From Octopus sinensis (Eukaryota): DNA of 37,561 nucleotides. A program made the position numbers and the translations under genes. Within the stretch, counting starts at the first letter, position 1, and each line of letters begins with the position of its first letter. The notes under the pieces were generated by a model that worked only from the letters and a program-made list of their open reading frames with translations, had not been told where the DNA came from and made no database searches. The stretch is taken from contig NW_021835900.1 of the NCBI RefSeq assembly GCF_006345805.1, positions 1 through 37,561 of the forward strand, in the 5' to 3' direction. Positions 34,673 to 37,561 of this stretch are shown piece by piece.

Positions 34673-34947
34673 CAAACGCACATTTACGCAAACACACAAA
34701 CACACATATGCGTGTATGTGTGTGTACAGTAACTGTTTGTCTATGAAATTCCATTCAGAAATTACAGATGCCCGCGAGGCTGTGTGTGACTGTCTTTTGC
34801 TTTGAGCACTGCGATCAGCATCACACAACAGCACATGCATTTCTGAAATTGTGTGTTGGAGTGTGGTTATGTGTATGTGTTTGGCGCGTGTATGTGTGTT
34901 GTTCTTCTATGAGTACGTGTGTATATGTATATATATATATATATATA

Positions 34948-35013
<66 letters not shown>

Positions 35014-35074
35014 TACATTTTGGTGAATTGAAGAAATGGAGCTGAACGCAGATTGAACAGAAATCATTTTATTT

Positions 35075-35215
35075 CATTCTTCTTCTTCTCTTCTTCTTCT
35101 TCTTTTTTCTTTTTCGTTCTTTTTTCTTCTTCTTCTTCTTCTCTTCTTCTTCTTCTTCTTCTTCTCTTCTTCTTCTTTTTTCTTCGTCTCTTCTTTCTTC
35201 TTCTTCTCTTCTTCT
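35075..35215 (+). repeat. (TTC)n polypyrimidine tract
   Basis: Directly visible. Confidence 0.9.
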
Positions 35216-35339
35216 TATTTCATTTCTCGTTTTATTTAATTAATTTACTGCTGTGATTTTTGCTACTAAGGTATCGGTTAAACTTTTGATTAATCTACTA
35301 CAAGATTATTCATCTTTCTATTTCACATAATATATTTCA

Positions 35340-35566
35340 CATAATATATATATATATATATATATATCATATAGGATGTACATATATATATATATAGTAT
35401 ATATTTATACATATATATATGTATATATATATATATATATATATCTATATACCTATATATATATATATATATAATATATACGTATATATATAAGTATATA
35501 TATATGTGTATGTGTATGGATATATATATAGGTATATATATATATACGTATATATTTATACATATA

Positions 35567-35603
<37 letters not shown>

Positions 35604-35725
35604 ATATATATATATATATACATATATACGTATATATATAAGTATATATATATGTGTATGTGTATGGATATATATATATAGGTATATATATATATACGTA
35701 TACATATATGCATATATATACATAT
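35340..35725. repeat. Degenerate (TA)n array with internal higher-order duplication
   Basis: The block ..tacgtatatatataagtatatata..tgtgtatgtgtatggatatatata..ggtatata..tacgtata occurs twice (~35478-35555 and ~35627-35703). Confidence 0.85.
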
Positions 35726-36114
35726 AACCAGTTTTTGAAACTCAAACTTCTTGTTTCGCAATTGTCTGCGTGGTTCTGCGTGTATTTACGTGTGTGTATG
35801 TATATGTGTGTGTTTATGCCCAATGATGTATGAGTGTGGGTTTCGAAGAAAAACAAAATCAAATCAAATAAAGAAATGATCAGCCACAGTAGCAGCATCA
35901 TTATCAGCAGCAGCGGTAGCAGTAGCAGCAGCAACAGCAATTCTTCTCAATAGAACTCGGCAAGGAACAGGCTTGCTTCCATTAGCGCCAATGTATTCAT
36001 ACGAGTTTGTTATCGTATATAAAAGTTTGCAATATGTTTGTCAAAACTTTACTTGTGCCACATGAATGGATGTATTTTGCTGTGTGCCTGTGTGTGCTTG
36101 CGTGTGTGCGCGTG

Positions 36115-36146
<32 letters not shown>

Positions 36147-36230
36147 AGATGCGTGTGTGTTTGTAAACGTTTAGGCGTATAACTTAAATTTACAAACGCG
36201 AGCAATAATTCCTAATATGTAATGTATTTT

Positions 36231-36293
<63 letters not shown>

Positions 36294-36302
36294 TTATACA
36301 TA

Positions 36303-36334
<32 letters not shown>

Positions 36335-36631
36335 GTTTTGTGTGCGTGTGTTTGTACATGTATATAGGCTTGTGTACATAGTATACATTTATCACATACA
36401 TACATACATGCATATATAGATATATATCAAATACTTGAATGAATGCTAGCTGTAGGGCTTCGTGCGGCTGCACTCTCAACGTGTGTGTGTGTGTGTGTGT
36501 GTGTGCTTGTGTGTGTGTGTGTGTTGTGTGTGTGTGTGTGTGTGTGTGCGTGGTTAAATTTTTCTTTGTCCATCAATATACTTATGTTAACTAGCCTTCA
36601 TATCCGTTATTGCCACTGCTGCATTTATTAA

Positions 36632-37561
36632 GGACGATAGGTTGACAGAAATCGTTAGAGCTTCAAAAACATATTGCCCAGCGGGGAGGAATTACAACCT
36701 TGTTTCGTGGTCTGCTACCACAAAGCACTGGGTTCAAACCCCGCCAAAGTGAGCTTTGACTTTCTCCCTTCAGGGTCAGTAAAACAAGATGCTAGTCAAG
36801 TACGCGAGTCTTGAGTATTGACTTAGCCACCCCCTCTAACTTATTGGCCTTGTACGTTATATCAACTTAGTAACACTAGCGACATCTCGCCCCTCTTGAC
36901 GTTCTGAGCCCAATTTCTGCTCATTGAATTTGCCTTTCATCCTTTGAGGATCGATACAATATATACCAGTGATGAACTGGTGTCGATGTAATCGACCAGA
37001 GCCTTCCCCACAAAAATTTCAGATCTTCTGGCCTTATGATACAAAGGTGCATTTTTCTTGCTCGATTCCATAAGGTGAAATTACCTCTTTGTCTTTCTGG
37101 GTAAATATAATTATGTACCAGTTATATACTATGGGTATTTTCAACGTGTAATCATCCTTCTTAAATTTCTGGCCGTTGCGGTACATTAGCGGAATCTTAA
37201 GAACGTTGGATAAGATGTCTCACCATATATATCGTAGTTCATTATGTTCTGATTTTAAATCTTTTTGATGTGAAATTTCATGCACTTTTCATACATGTGG
37301 AACCGACAAAATAAAGTACCTGCTAAGTACGGATGTCTGTTTTAAGGACACTTTCTGCTTGAGTAACTTGCTGTTTCTCTGCTGGTCACAATTATTAGAG
37401 CGTCGAACAAAGTGGCTTGAAGTATTTGTTTTAGTTCTTTACACTGCTGGGGTTTAAATCCCGACGAGGTCAACTTTAGCTTTCTAGCTTCCGGTATCGA
37501 CAAAATAAAGTATCAGACAAGTACGGGGGCGACGAACCGTCTCCGCTCAAAATTGCCGGCC
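36632..37561 (+). mobile_element. Head-to-tail run of about five degenerate family A SINEs (runs off the window end)
   Basis: Repeated gg(g)ttcaaa..ccg...gtcaacttt/gactttctcc...gataaaataaagtacc...ggcc(t)tg units near 36632, 36880, 37065, 37190 and 37395. Confidence 0.7.

Noticed and set aside
782-36631. Most ORFs in the six-frame track (poly-YI, HT, CV, LS, I, S, D, N etc.)
   Set aside because: They are translations of di-, tri- and tetranucleotide microsatellites or SINE consensus sequence, with no domain structure or splice context.

Overview
AT-rich, microsatellite- and retroposon-saturated eukaryotic DNA. The repeat families and density are what I recognise from Octopus (coleoid cephalopod) genomes; the organism is an inference. 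No complete protein-coding gene can be supported, and nearly all track ORFs are translations of microsatellites or repeats. The window looks intronic or intergenic. It contains three tRNA-headed SINE families (one CORE-like, one forming a recurrent dimer) and an older degenerate SINE-like family. It also contains four RTE-LINE remnants (one with an 11-bp TSD), a decayed mariner, a 408-bp MITE with perfect 29-bp TIRs and internal (CCCTAA)3, two Helentron/DINE-1-like elements and two copies of a ~555-bp element flanked by (AAT)n. A Penelope-like fragment carries a variant minimal hammerhead ribozyme, the strongest unusual signal. A few unique islands may be exons or regulatory DNA, notably 13480-13755 (CTCF-like motif, ATG, GTGAGT donor) and 32243-32310. 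Family letters A-F are my own labels, and the ends of degenerate copies are approximate.
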